Assembly (NCBI GenBank): GCA_030704615.1
Contig: CM060733.1
Coordinates: 20,398,001 to 20,462,000, forward strand
Direction: 5' to 3'
Source of the DNA: Takakia lepidozioides
Lineage: Eukaryota > Plantae > Bryophyta
DNA length: 64,000 bases
A model generated the notes under the pieces. It ran no database searches, was not told where the DNA came from, and saw nothing but the letters and a program-made list of their open reading frames with translations. The position numbers and the translations under genes were made by a program. Below, one piece after another: positions 48,231 to 63,200 of the stretch (positions within the stretch are counted from its first letter, which is position 1; each line of letters starts with the position of its first letter).

Positions 48231-51200
48231 TCAAAACCAGGCCATCCACCAGATATACATTTTCGCCAAGTTGCTACGTGACACTGCTTCTTCAATGAGG
48301 CGATGTGCCTGGCCTTCAACCGACAGAGGCAATGAAGGGGCTGCCCCTACTCCAACCACCACTCCTTGTAAGCGGGCCTCTATGTTGGCTATGGCGCGCT
48401 GTACCCAGGTACCCCAGAATACACAGACAATGCCCATATATTTAGTCTTTCCAGACCTATCCCTCTCTCGCTCTGGGGTTATGGTGAATCTTATAACGTT
48501 TCTTTATGTCTTCCACAAGCAAAGGGTGAGGAATATGCTTTATATACCACCACAAGAAAGACCACCAATACATTTGAGCCCATTTCCTAATTTCACTTTC
48601 AGACATCCTGTAAAACCAACTAAGCAAAAAGAATTAACTCTGTCATGCTGCAAGCCATGAGGAGCAAAGTAGAAGGGAATGGCGTACCTGAGCGTGGGGG
48701 TTTTGAACCTCCACTTCACTTGACTTGTGAGATTTTGTCCATTCCACTAGAGGATCGTGGATGAAGGTCTCCAACACACTCACAAGTGTCTCCCGGTGTG
48801 CTCTCAAGACACTCAAGGTGATCTCACATACACGTGAGAACACACCTTCATACCCTGTAATTCCCAGGCCATCGATCATGTTCTGCAATAACAACCTCAA
48901 TATCATGTTCTGAAGATCCTGTGGACGGGAATTCACATATGTAAGTAATATGATCATGACCAAGTGCGCAACTTGTGTCGTTTAGGAGGGCTCTTGTGCA
49001 CATTTAATGTAACATTGTGCTCTATCAAACTGTCGAAACGAGGATGGCATCTGTTATTACCTGGGTGAGGCGGAATGGCACCACCTCAGGTTTTTCCAGT
49101 GCAAGTCCCTTGTCAAACAGGCAGCTGAAGTCCACATGCACACAGTCCCCCGTCGTGGAATCAAACAAAATGTTTTCCCCATGTCGATCTCCCAGTCCCA
49201 CAATGTGGCCTACCATTGACCAGACAGCTGTTGTATGTGCATAGGCGACACGGGCCCGGAACCAGGCAGCTGGCTCTGGAAATGTGTTTAGAAACCACCG
49301 GTGAAACACTGGTGGGAACATGTGCAGAAGCTTGGTGTGGAGAATCTCCTCACCCTGGGCACCTTGCTGCTCATACAGACGCTTGATCAAAGGATTTGTT
49401 TTCTGGCGATCAAACTTCCCAGTAGTCACATAAATGTCTTGCAAGATGTGACGCAGACCCCGGGTGTGCAAAACCCACTCAATCATCCCACAGTCCTCAG
49501 TAAGTGGAATGACAGCAAATGTACGAATGTAGAGTTTTCGACGGCGGCTTTGAGGGTCCTTTGAAAGCAGGCGGTTTATCATGGTAGTGAACTCCATCAT
49601 ACGAGCATCCTTTCGCAAGTCATCCTTTGGCTTGCACAGAAATGGATGTTCTGCCCCATCACTCCCTACCAGCACAACCTACAGCCATATCCAGAATGCT
49701 CCTTATCACTTTCTGGCAGGAAGAGACTGAGGCACACTTGGCTGCTCTAACACCGAGACCATTTCACTTTCATCTTAGTGCCTTCCACATGAAAGATCAC
49801 TTAGTTCCCTACTCATGCCAACAGCCTTCTGCTTAGAGTCCATACTTCACTTGAATTTGGGCACAGCTGTTTTGACTCGAGAGCCTGCGGTTTTACGAAG
49901 CATGAACAATGAACCAGCTGAAACCTCATAAACTACTGAGGCTCAGAACATGGACCTTTTTTCTTAATTAGTCGCTCTAAGCAATGCTTAGAGCCAGTAC
50001 GGATAATTCAGTTTTTAAGAGCAACTGGAGTAGTGGCATTCATGAACAAGGTCCAGACCCACCTTTTTGGGACGCTGCAATGATGCGAGTATCTCAACCT
50101 CATCCGTGATCCCACAGATAGTGGCATAATCTCCAGTAGGAAATGGGTTGTAGTCAACATTGGAGAGCCCGTCTGCTGGAAGAGTAACTGTCAAAGCCTT
50201 TTGAAGGGGCATGATAACACCTACAGGCATCATCCGCTTCAATCCACTAAACTCACTTTGTATATTTACCGTGCGGGCCTTCGGCTGGCCTGGATAGAAA
50301 GACAATTTGATCATTTGGTCTATCAACCCTGCAAATTGACAAAACAGAGCCTTATGCCTGTCTTGTCGTGCCTCTTTGTCGTTCCTCTTTGCTTGTTGGA
50401 TAATTTCTGCTGCAGCTTCACGCCTGGCAGCTACTGTGGACTTCGACACTGCTGCCATTGTCCAGAGAGCTTGTTGCGGATAGACCTGCAGCATACATTT
50501 TACCGTGGGATCAGAAAGAAGAAAATGTCTTTTTCCAAATGCCTTAACTCTACCCATTTTAGTAGCTTACCAAGTTTCATCGAAAAACCTCAAACTTCAC
50601 TGCTTCCACAACTTTAAAAATCAACTTATGAGCCCGACGTGCATTAGAACACATAATGAGAAACAGTAACACCATGAAGTAATTCATGACAGGTATACCA
50701 CAAAATTCAGGGGCAGTGATGAAAGAGAGTGTTCTAGTAATCCACCTGATGCTAACTTTACATGACAGGTAGAATCAACCTCGAGGAAAAAATACTACCT
50801 GTAATACAGTGGTAATGATGCGCTTAACCAAACGCACCAACTCCTCATTCTGATGGCAGATTCGAGACACCAGCTGTGACAGTGCTGTCAGCCATTGATA
50901 AGTAGGAAGGTCCTTGAGACACCCCCTCATGATGCCCATTGTCTGTTGTTGAGATAAACAAGACATCAGGTTATCTGTATGCATAGAAGCAGAAGATACA
51001 CTGACATTCAGGGCAACACAGAACCAAATTGATCTATCATATTACTGGGTTCTATTCTATCATAGATTCTAAGCACACATTCCGTTAAGTTCCTAAAGCA
51101 CCAAGAGGCACCCTCACAATCAATTGTACTCTCTCCACACAGTAGTCCCATTCTATCCCATCCTGACAACCAGCAGTTACTTTTCACAGATATTCCAAAA

Positions 51201-54200
51201 ACAGTATGCTCTCATCAAGTCTGAGAGGTAAGGACACACTCTTGTATGCACTGCTTTCACTCCTGCATTGGACGCCAGAGCTTCCCCTCGGTAAATAGTG
51301 CCGAACTCAAACCACAGAGTGAGCAACCGAGGCATCGCCTGAAAGAGTCGGCGATGGCCTTTATGCAGGCCCTTAGCATAGAAGATGAGAGCATCCGGAA
51401 GGTAGCTCCACCAGGGCTTGTCATCCACAGGAGGGTGCCTCCGATGCCTGCCAGGCTGGAGACAGATGCACAGTATGACCTCACACATGCATTCAAATTT
51501 CAAGTTCTTTCACAGGATAGCACTTCTAATGAGAATAGTCTGGGTCACGAGGCTGGATGCTCACCTGAAGTGAATCCTTGGCTCCATCTAAACTTTCTTC
51601 CTGCCTTCGTCGTGCATCGACAAGTAAGTCATCATAGTACTTGGCGACGAAGAAAAAGCCCTTTTCCCAGTGAGGCTGCAGACTGCGAACCTGGTGGTAT
51701 AAGCTTAGTACATCCTTTTTCTGCTTTTGTCCTGTGTGGTGAACCCAGCGGGCCAGGAGGAGAAGGGTTTTTGCCACGTCATGGTCTTTGTCTCTCCGAA
51801 CCTGTGTGCTGTTGACTACTCGACTTGCACTCGCAGAATTTGTGGATGTTCCTGGTGCTCCTCTGGGAGCTGCTGATTGAGTAACCAAAAGACCACCAAT
51901 TGCTGAAACTGTCGCCTCACCAAGGACCTAATGGAGCAATCAAGCTTTCAGAGGTGGTTAGATACATGGTGGTTGCTTAAGTTGGTATATTTCCCCAATG
52001 AATCTTATGCACACACACTTGACAAGCTGGTAGAATAATGTTAAGCCCAAGCTTGCTGCAGCTGAAAAGATACTAGCATCTATGGGCTTGCCTTCCAAGA
52101 TAATGAACCAGAAATAGTCTTACAACAAACTGAGACCTCTCAAGGGGACACACCTGTTGAGGCACATTGGTGAGAGCTTGCTGAAGCTCCGCTATGGCAC
52201 GGTGACTTCTCTGTGTGTCCCAAAGCAGCTTTGCCATTTCCATGTGAGCATTGGGAGCTCCCACAGATTGTGCCTGCAGGATCGCCCTGTTGGCTGTTTC
52301 ATAGTGCCCTGCTGCTCTACACAGTTTCGCATACTGCAGCCAGCATGCACCCACTTCAGCTTGCAAGTTGCTCGCACTGAAGACCAACCTCCGGAGTGCC
52401 AAAATTGGTTCACGCGTCCACAGTGAGGGCTGCATGTATTCAGGCATTTATTGATTGTCACGATAATGTTGGCCACTTCAGCCTTGAAGGACAAACAAAA
52501 CATTATTGTGAATAATGGTTGCAAGACACTTAGTTGCTGAAAGAAGATAGCACCTGGAAGTAGGAGCCCTTTTTCTTGTGCCCCTTTACAACAGAATCTG
52601 TGGCACAGGAAAGTCTACTCTGTGTAGATTAGTTGGGCCCAAAATACTGAAATGTATAATAGGCTTGAGATCCCCCCCAGCCCACAAACCTGTGTGATTT
52701 TTAAGCGACTCTCCCAGTCTTCAACTAACTGCACCATCCTCACATGGGGTTGGACCCTGTGAGGCTCGCCTGCTTTACCAGACTCTTCACCATCCATAAA
52801 TGCTAGAGTACTGAAGTCTTCCAACTCCCGTAGCATATGCAACTTGACAACAAACGGGTAGGCACGAGTATACGACTCCATGCTTGCTGCCGCCAATGGT
52901 GCAAGGAGAGTCTGCCGAGAATACATAAGCTGTTCAGCAAATAGATCTTGGTCCCTCTTCTGAAGAGCTTGTAGGACCTTGCCCAAGCTAATATCAAATG
53001 CTGAATTTCCATCCGAAGCATTTGATAACAAACCCTCCCCATCAGCCCCCCTCACATACTCTTCCAGCAGATCCCATTGCCCAAGGCGCCATGCTGCTTG
53101 TAGCCCTCTGGTGCTCCACTCTTTTGTGTGGTTGGGCATCCGTGAGATCAACCCGTCAACATGAATCACCATAGCCTGTGTGGTCACATCAACCAACATG
53201 TTTTGGTATTTTAACGTTCACAAATGTTTCTCACCTCAACACTTGTTCGAAATACAGCACCAGGCTTTACTCACATGAACATGCTCACTGAAAGAATCAT
53301 TTGAACAAGAATAATAACACCGAAACTAGAATACACTATCAGGTCTTCAGCCAAAAATCTGCACCAGCTTCTATGCTAACAAGTGTTGGAAAGTCACCAC
53401 CCAGACGTTCCAATCGCATGACATGTAGGATAGCATCAACAAGCTTAACTCAATATTCCAAAGAAGAGCTCCAGGAGTTAAAGCCTGACAGGAAACTACA
53501 ACCACCAGAACTCAGCCAGGCGACCTACATATGGTTCTGTAGACATGTCACCACAGATTTCAGTAGATTTTGTAAATGGTATTGGATAGACCTGCAAATG
53601 ACCCATATTGAGCAGGCAGTCAAGAACCCCTAGATGTCGTGTCACACTGTTGGGTTCCATTTGAAGAGCTTGTTCACAGCATGTGAGTGCTTCTCCCCAG
53701 TTCCCTGCCTTCTCATTGATGAGTATTTGGTCCTGAAGGCTTGCAGGTTTGCAAAGACGCGAGAGCCCTGAAAGCCCGTCAGGCTCCTCCAATCCACTGT
53801 AAATCTCCAGCAGAAAGGTCACATCCTCATCTGTAAAGGCTCCACTCGTCCCAGCAGCAGGATTCAATGCACCCGACTTTTCATGTACATGAGACTCAAA
53901 GTAGAGCAAAGAGCGGGCATAGGCTTGGCACCGGAAGGAGGCCCCTGCCAAGGCTTGCTTTGGAATTGCAGCTAACAGCTGAGAGACATTGTCAATGCGC
54001 CGTGCAACCTGGTTAGCCTCTTCCACTTTAGTACTTCCCCGTGTTCCTCTGCTTGGTATATTAACTGGTATTGCCTGACTGGGGGCCACTGATCCACCCC
54101 GCTTGCAGTCATCCAACCATTTCCCCAGATTGTCTAATAGAGTGAAGACAGTTTGAGTGCTTACTTCACTTGGACCAGACCAGCTACGTGAGGAATTGCA

Positions 54201-57200
54201 GATCTCTTCATCTGCAGCCACTGCAGAAATTCCCCCTTTCAGAAACATTATCCAAAATAAAACTAACGCAAACAATGGACATCTGTAACAAGACGTCTGA
54301 AATCTCATTCAAGGCTAAAACATGAGGTTTGTAGACGTGCAAGCTGGGGAGCCAAAAGCCTGATCACTCCTATTCGTTCTATAATGCTCAAAGCCTGCAG
54401 GGAAGTTCCAGATATTAGTGACATTCTCGCATTGACAATTTGCTGCCATGTAAAAGTATAGTGGCCAATGATATGTCATTTGTTACCAGTTGAAGCTGTT
54501 TCAGACAGCACGTTCAAGATTTCCTCCGTAACACCAGTGCGCGCCTCTTCCGATCCATCACAAACTACGTTGAGAACCAGGTAAGGGAGGAGGTAGAGTG
54601 CAGTGCCCATGTCATGCCTCACCACTCCTCGGCAAGCTGTAAAAATGTCAGCCCTCTGCCCTGTGGCTTGTGACACCAACCGTCGAATCCAAAGATACAT
54701 CCACCGTCTGAAAGACATACCAGGCTGGAGAAGTGGCCCAGTGGGCATCACAGCACCTGATTTTTTAAGAAGATACTTGGAAGTCAAACAAGGAGTAATA
54801 ATTTCTTTCACGTCATCTGAAAACCTTTGCCAGAGACGTTCCCCACTCTCATTTGTTCTCGCAGCAGCACCCAGTATAGTTTTATCGCAATCTCTGCCCT
54901 CAAAAGACCGCAGATTGGAAGCAACCATCTTTCCAGATCTTGAACCTGAGGTCCTCCCAGCCCAAGCCAGTGCACCTCGTCCAAGCTGGGCTGCCCGACA
55001 CCCACTGAATTTCAACAGCTCCTGAATCGCCAAGGCAGCAGTGTCTTGTATATCTGTATCAGAAGCTGCCCTGAGAACCGGGGCTAGGTGCTCATTTATC
55101 AGCTCAAATACAAGATCGTCATCGCTGCGCTCGATTCTTGAACGGCAGCGAAGGTCCACCTGCTGCAGGTTTCTTGTGATTCAATCATGAGAACAAAATA
55201 ATAGCAGGCTATTGCTTAACACAGTGGGTGAATAATTCAACTAGCATGGCTAGTGGGTGGATTCATCTACTGCCTGATCCCTGCAATGCAGACGTGAGAA
55301 TATTGATGGGACGTCCAGTACATTGCTATTGTGGTTTGAAGTGAATTTGTACTTAACCCTCTTATTCTGAAAGCAGAGGCAGAAACAAAGTATGACGCCT
55401 CCCGAAGGGAGCGTAACTTATGGTGTCACTTCACCACACGGGCTACTGCCTTCCAGCTGAAAGGTGGACACCTTCATGACACACCAGACCGTGGTTTGAA
55501 CCCACAACCACATCCAACGTGGTATGTGCCCATTACCACTGGGCTACATGCTGGTTGTCGCAGAGGCAGAACACTATAATAGAACATCCAAATTCGCAAA
55601 TCAATACATGCAAAGGCATATAATTGACATTGATCAACATTATGTCAATAAAAGTTGGGGAGCATGGTACACAAGTGTCGTTTCTAGAAGTAAAGCAAAC
55701 TGACCTGCAACTTCACAGGATCAACTGCCCCAAGCTCTCCCAAGCATTCAGCACATGCAATCTTCAACCTCTGACTCATGGCCGTGCGAGATTCCTCTGC
55801 ACATCCGCGCATAAGGGCGGTGATTAGACAGCTTATGACATCCGCATCCAAGCTCGCCTCTCCAATTAACATTGCCCCTATATCTTTCCTTTTCAAGCGC
55901 AAGACTTTGTTTAATTCACTAGCTGTCATGTATCGCACACTCAAGCTTTCATGCCGTAACCCATCAGTGGCCTGCCGCAGTTGGTCACGCAAACTCAGGA
56001 GTCCATGAGCCTCTTGAAGAATTGCATTTACCCCTTCCAGGGCAGGAAGGCTAGGAAGAAGGGGGAGCTCTACTGCTTGATCTTCCAAGACACTTCTGTT
56101 CTTTACGACTAACTCCTCCAGTATTTCCACAGCTGCGGTCAGGTGTGGGGCTGTCTGCTCCCCTGACTGCCTCTCGAGACATGGCATGAGTGAAACCACA
56201 ATCTGGCTGGCTACATTTTTCAGGTTTGTTGGAGACACCTGGCATAATTAATCAATTATAGGGAAAACAGTTAGAAAACAAAACCTGCTTGCAACCAAAT
56301 AAACAACTAGTAACAAACACATCTGGTGGCAATCTCAACTAGACCAGAACATTGGTGGGAGCCTACTGCAAGCACTCCATGCACATCTTTGTGGTGCATG
56401 GCACTCCAGTTTGCAAACATTGAGGGCTGGTACACATAGAAGCTCGAAAACTGATGACCAAGGAAACCCCACAACAATTCGATAAATAGCATATTTGACT
56501 TAGTATACCTGCGCAAGCGTCCGCACAAATGACAGCCATGCTTTCAACCCTTCCCCTCGCAAGAGAGGCTCTTGCAGTGCCTGGGTAAGCAAGGCCATAA
56601 TCTTCGGAACGAATGCGCTGAGATGTGGACCAATCATGTCCATTAAGCGCTCAATGCATCGTAGCGCCTGTCTCTGAGAAGCAATGTCCACTGCACGTAG
56701 CAGCTTCCGGTCGATGCTGTTGAGAAGGCCTACAAAGTGTGTCCGTAGAAAGGTGGGCAGATCATCGGAGCCAGTGACAATACTTGCGACTTCTTGAATC
56801 ATGGGTGCAACCCTTGCAGACCTGAAGCACAGGTAACCTGAATCAAATATATAAAACCTTTCTCTCTCTCGTTATCAAGTACCATTTCATTTCATTTCTC
56901 TCACACAAAGAGGTGAAAGGCTGCCTATCTACACAAGGCACTCAGTCTTTCAGGTCTACAGCTATTCTGCCGCTCCAATTGTTGCTTTCTTTCTTTGATG
57001 CACTCTTGTCCCATGAGATCTTTTAGTTTCTTCCAGGCAATCTTCTAAAATATCTTTCTCTATAATATTTTCTGTCTCCAAAATAAATGCAAATATACAT
57101 AGAAAGTGTTTCTGAATGCCTTCCCTTAGTCCATAAGCTCTCCAACCGTCTCCTTGGCATTATAAAGTTTCTTTCTTCTCCCCGTTTCCTTCTCCGAGAC

Positions 57201-60200
57201 AAAACACTTATGAATGTTGAATGTATTTGTGAAACCCGTGGATGTGCACTTTCAACATAAATTGTAGAGCTGTAAATTTCATATGAAAAGTGCCCAACAG
57301 ACACATCTACCTCTTTCAGTGAAGTGTGGTGAAAGAACATTTACCTTCGAAGTCCATCTTCATTGTCAATATCCCCAAGAAACCGAACCAGTTCGTCAAG
57401 CAGAGCTGGCAGCACTGCTGCAAATATTTCGCGAGGCTCAGACCCTGTTTGTGCCTCGTAGAATTGTAAGGCAGCCATAAGCTCTTTTCCATCTGCCCGC
57501 AATAGAAGCACTGATAACACTCGGTGACACCACTCAAGCAAAAGCAGGGGCAACTCGGTCTTCAGCTGTTTGGCCAGCTCTTGCAAGGCTACCAATGCAG
57601 GCTGGCTGTCCTGCTGCTTCAGGACAAGCTTTGGAAGGACAATTGGGACCATTTGCTTTATGAGTTCCTCCATTTCAATGCACAACACTGCTTCAGCAAA
57701 TTCACGTACCATGTGGGGACGGCCCACAAGACGGCCCACCAAGTACTCAAAAAGCTCCTCTCTAATGCTGTCCACCATAGCCTATAGGCGACAGAAACTT
57801 GGGTTACTCACAACTCTTAACATTTCAATTGCACAATGGTTTCAAGTCCTCTGCTCTATACTCTTCACTACATGGCAAGGGCATGATCCAGCAAGTCGCC
57901 ACGACACTTCAAGGTTTCAAGAACCACAAGATTGCCAGTTTACTGTGTATCTCAGGCATTAGATTGTTGTGAATATAATTACTTGCCTGCATACTCCCAG
58001 TCCCACCAGTCGGATATCCATGGCTGGCAACCTTGTGTATTAAACTCACGCTCATCACCCGCAGGGACACCTCTCTGTTATCCAACTTCTCCAAAAGCAA
58101 GACGAGGGAGAAAAATAGCAGTTGCTGGCTGCGGCAAGCAGCCTTGGCAATTTCAGCAACACTTTCCAACAGTGTTTCAGTCATTTCAGGATCTTCAGTA
58201 CCACATAGTGCGTGCCGGAACTTATCCAACATTTCAAGTTCTCGGTCTGTGTCACTACTGCCTTCATCCTGACTGCCCAACAACCCTGTGAGCACATGTT
58301 TCTTGATGAAGCCATGGATCTGAGTGCAGAAAGCCTCACGCACACCTCTGTGCTGATGGAGAGGAAGAGCGTCAAGACAAGTTAACCAATCTCCTCTTGT
58401 GAAGGTGAGTTCGTCGGCTGATGCATGTGTCAACAGACGTGACATGCTGCTGACCAAAGCCACCTGGACATGTTTTCAAGTGACAGATTGATCAAAGAAA
58501 TCATTGGATACTACACACAGAACACAAACAACTAGGACATTGATAATAAAACAGAGAATGCTAGGGAGCTGATGTCCAGAAAGTATTATCAGCCAGCTGT
58601 GGCATATTGCGACAACATGCAAACAAATAACCGGAAAATTCACCTTAAAAAAACCTACGAGAGTTTGTTTCAAACATTGGTGTGATCTAGAACTGTCTGC
58701 CATGGAACAGAAAGTTTGCAAACGTCACTGGAATGTCTGACAAAACGCACTCCTACTTCTTTGGGGTTCAATTCTCCATGATAAAAGGATTCTGATGAAA
58801 CCGACAAAATGGATTACCAACCTGTACATGCTCGGATGGCTCATTGAAAAGTAGCTTTGCAAACAGAGGTTGCCAAGTAGCAAGCGGAGTCAGTTGCTTT
58901 CTGTCCCTATCACCATACCCCGCAATCTCCTGGCAGTTCTGAAGGCTGGTGTCAACTGACGCCAAGTTACAGGCCCCTCCATCACATAGTGGACATGCAA
59001 ACTCTGCCAGACTTCCAAAAAAACAACCCGCTCTCCTTCCTGCAACAGATTCCAGTTGGGCTGGGAGACTTGAACCCTCGGTCACTGAATTTGTTGAGCT
59101 GCAGATGCATGCCAGTGCTCCTAGAGTCTGAGCAACAACCTCCCGAACTTGTTCGGCCTTATCGTCTCCCAAGCCCCTGCGGAAATTTCTGTTGACTTCA
59201 GATTACGTTGTATATGCTTAAACGTGCTCTCAATTGAGGCATAAGTATCATTATGTCCCTTGACAGACTCACACCCATACCCTGGTAATTCCACCGACTT
59301 GTGTCAACCCAGGAGATACCAGGGTAAAAGAGGATCATTGCAGCCAAATATGACAGAAAATAACAGTTTGATGAAGTTCCCACAGCAGCCTGAATCAGGC
59401 AACCAGGACAGAGAGTCCAATAATTGTCAAATATATACGCCTGTACACTAGTTCAGAACAGAATTCTCTGTCCTGAGCACTGGCTGGAAAGACAAAGATT
59501 AAGTGCTCACCCAATTACTTCACAAAACTTGTGTAACCTACTGGGGCTCGACCACTGGACCAGGACTGGCACCACGCCAACTGCAGTTGCCCGTACACGG
59601 GCATCGTCATCCTTAAGAGCTCGTTCCACTACTCCATCAAATATTAGCTTCTGGGATTTCCCACCCAACTTTGCAGCTAGTCCCACAGCTCTTGACTTTG
59701 TTTTCCAAAAACTGTCAGCTTCGCCGACTTCCAGCAGAGACCAGGGAAGTGACAGGATCTCCAGCACAGCTACTGGGTCAAAGGAGGAAACAGAACAGAA
59801 AAGATCCAGATTGCTGTATTCACCATCAGGTGCACTTTCTTGTACGAACTGGCGAACTCCCTCGTTATCACCTACACATTTAGGTGATCACATCAGAAAG
59901 TGAAGATCAAAACCAGAAAAAGGGCTCCGGTTGGCCCACAGAGCCATTTGCCACAACCCTAAGCCCCACCAGATGTAACTCCCCATCCCAAAAGCAAAGT
60001 GCTGATCAAGCTACCAAAGAATGAAATGACACTTTGTAACACCCACGGAAAGCTCAAAGAGCTTCTGGAACAAGAGAAAACAGGAAAGAAACAAGCAAGA
60101 GAGTGGGGCCCATGAGGCCAAAAGCAACGACTGTTGATTAAGGGATTGTCTGAGATGTAACAACTCATGCAGATTGCTGCATGAGAAACTTTATAATGTC

Positions 60201-63200
60201 CACACAAAACAGAGAGCTTGAGACAAAGAAAAGACAATGCAAGAAAAATGATGGCAGCACCGAACTAGAAGGGCCATCAAAGATCAAACAAGAGCAGAAC
60301 CTACCACCATGTTGAGAAAACAACCATTCCACAGCTTCAAGAAACATGGACAGCTGCATCCTTGTAAGAGTTCCTCCTTGTCCCTGAAGAGCCATCAAGA
60401 GCAGCAAGACTTCAGCCAGGGTTTATAAGAATTGTACACAAATGGACAATGAGCAGAAGCAGTTAAAATGTATACTATGGCCTTCTGTTAAGGGGCTGGT
60501 TTCATCAATTGCTCCAGAGGTACTTCCATGTACCTCCTACAGTTGTGAGTAAGCAATTCCCAATGTCTACAAGGGCCCAAAGGGCTCTTGGGACACGGTC
60601 GTACAACAAAGTAGAACAAGACCAAATCCAACCCCATCCCTTGCACAAAGGATGAGAGAAAGGAGCTAAATAAAAAAACCCACTCGAGGCCGAGAGAACC
60701 AATGGGACAGCACAACAACACAACAGAACTACTGAAACCGAAGAATAAATCAAGCCCCAAAGGTGTAGTGCCTTATGCAGGTTAGCTGGTATGCACTTTT
60801 GAGATCGAGAAGGAGAAGAACACCTAAAAGAGCTACAGAGAGAGAATTGATAGATTGTACTCATAAGACGTTGTTTGCCGTAGCCTTGTGGCCATTGACC
60901 CCGCGCCCAGTTTGAGCGGGAACAAAAGGGACAGAACCTACCTCTGTCAGGGGTTGACGTTGGTAGTAAGACTTACCTCCATATAAAGAATTAATCCGGG
61001 TTTTCCAGATATCCTCTAGAAATCCCTTCACAAAAGCATCAATCTGCTGTGTGTGATTTGCCCAAAAACTAGGCCTCAGGAGGGCCTGGGCTTTTGGCTC
61101 AGCCTTGAGACTTTCAAAGTTGGTAAACAGGGGTACAGGCACAATTCCCTTAATAGATTTGAAGAGAGCGTCTCTTTGGTGAGAGAACCCCGGACAGTGT
61201 ATCAGAAAATGAATACTGTCTTCAGATTGCCCACACAACGGGCAATTGCACTCTCCCTTTCCTCTCTGCTTCTGTTTGCTGTTCAAAGGTAGGCTTCCTG
61301 CCCTGAGTTTAAATTTCAGTCTAGTGCCGAGAGTGGGTAGACCCTTGAGGTCATCCAAGATGTCCTCCCCCATGTCACAGACTGGAAACAAGTTCAGGGA
61401 AGTTTTCTGCCTAACTTCATTTTCATCAGACAATCTCATGGCAACAGACATGGCTGAGGACACTACAGCCTCTAAGTCAGATTTATCCAGCAGGGTCAAG
61501 ACTTGCGGATCCAGGTCCAGGTCCTTGAGGATCTCTTCTACTCTCTTCTGCCAGGACTTAGCCTGTTTGACAGGGCGTCCTGTTTCCAAGATATAGAGTC
61601 GATTAATTTAGGATATCTGGTGTTGGGCATATGTTGCAGCTGACCCCACCATCTGACCTTGAATTCATCTCGTCGGGAGCTTAAGGACGGAATGCCAAAC
61701 TCACCCCGAACAGCCACATTGGCTGTTTTGGAGCATGCTGACATACACTCCTTAAGCACCCCCACTTGAATGGATTCTAGAGACTTAGCCTGGTTGAAGT
61801 CATCAACCCATATAGCAGATCCGTACTCCAAGGCAGGTCTAATAACGCAACAAAGCATGGTTTTCTTAACCTCAGAGTTGACCCCTCTGCAGTGGAAAAA
61901 TTTAGTGAGCCCCAGAGCTTTGCCCTTGCCAGTTTGAACAACTTTCCGGATATGTGCATCCCAATTACAATTGGAGGAGAACTCAACGCCCAGGTAAGTG
62001 TAGGAAGGGAGGACCGGGATCTCTTGGCTACCCCACTGCCACTTAAGATCACTTCCTCCCTCTCCTCTGTCGTTGAATGCTACCACTGCACATTTGCTGA
62101 CATTAGCCTCTAGCCCCCAAAGATCAAAGTATCTCTTCGCGCAATCAATCAACTCCTGGAGATTGGTTGGAGTCTCCCCTATGCCTGCGAAGTCATCCGC
62201 AAACATAAGGGCTGGTATGGTGGTATCACCCACCCTTAACCCAAATCCCTCACTTTCCACATCCTCGAGGAGTTGATTGATGAAAACATTGAAGAGCAGA
62301 GGGGAGAGAGTACATCCTTGAGCTACACCTTGGTCTATGTCAAAGAAGTTGGACTTCTGTCCGTTAACAGTGACACAGCTTTTGGTGTGAGCATACAAGT
62401 TGTGGACAACTCTCCACATCTTTCCCTTGATCCCACAAGACCAGAGGCGGAACCATAGGCCATCTCTCCACACTGTGTCATAAGCCTTTTTGACATCCAG
62501 GAAAAAGACATAAGTGGGTTTCCCTTCTTTTTTCCTTCCCTGGATAATCTGGGCTTAGAGTGAAGATATGATCCACACAGCCCCTGTTTCGCCGAAAGCC
62601 AGCTTGGCCTTCGTGGAAACAACCTCTAGACTCCAGATCAACCTCGAGACGAGTACTTATAACTCTGCAGAATGTCTTGCCAACAGCATTGAGGAGCGTG
62701 ATGCCACGGTAGTTCCCCGGTTCTTCTCTGTCACCCTTCTTATATAGATTGACAATGACCCCCTGTCGCCAGCGAAAGGGGATCATTTCAGTCTTCCAGA
62801 TAAGGTTAAAGAGGAGAACTAGGGCCTCTATCATGGGATCGCCACCGTGCTTGATAAGCTCGTTGACAATACCATCAGGTCCACCAGAGAGAATAGAGAG
62901 AATAGAGAATAGAGAATAGAGAGAGACTCTGGAGTGAAACCACTGGCAGCTTGTCGAATCCACTTGACATACCTTATCATGCATCCAAGGTATCCAATCA
63001 TGCAATATCTGGATTAACCGCTGGTTACAAATAGTCTTGGGAAACTTGGCAAAAACCCGCACGAGCACACAAAGTGCTGCTAACTTCCCTTCAACACTTG
63101 AGATCTCTGCCCCCACCCTCTCTAAGGGTTGCAAGGTGTCTGTCATTTGCATCACCTCCTCATGGATAGAAGCAGCTGATGCAGATCTCTGCTGTTCTGA

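Noticed and set aside
49000-60000. Many 60-190-aa plus-strand ORFs opposite ATR exons
   Set aside because: Antisense shadows of coding exons with no independent homology signal.
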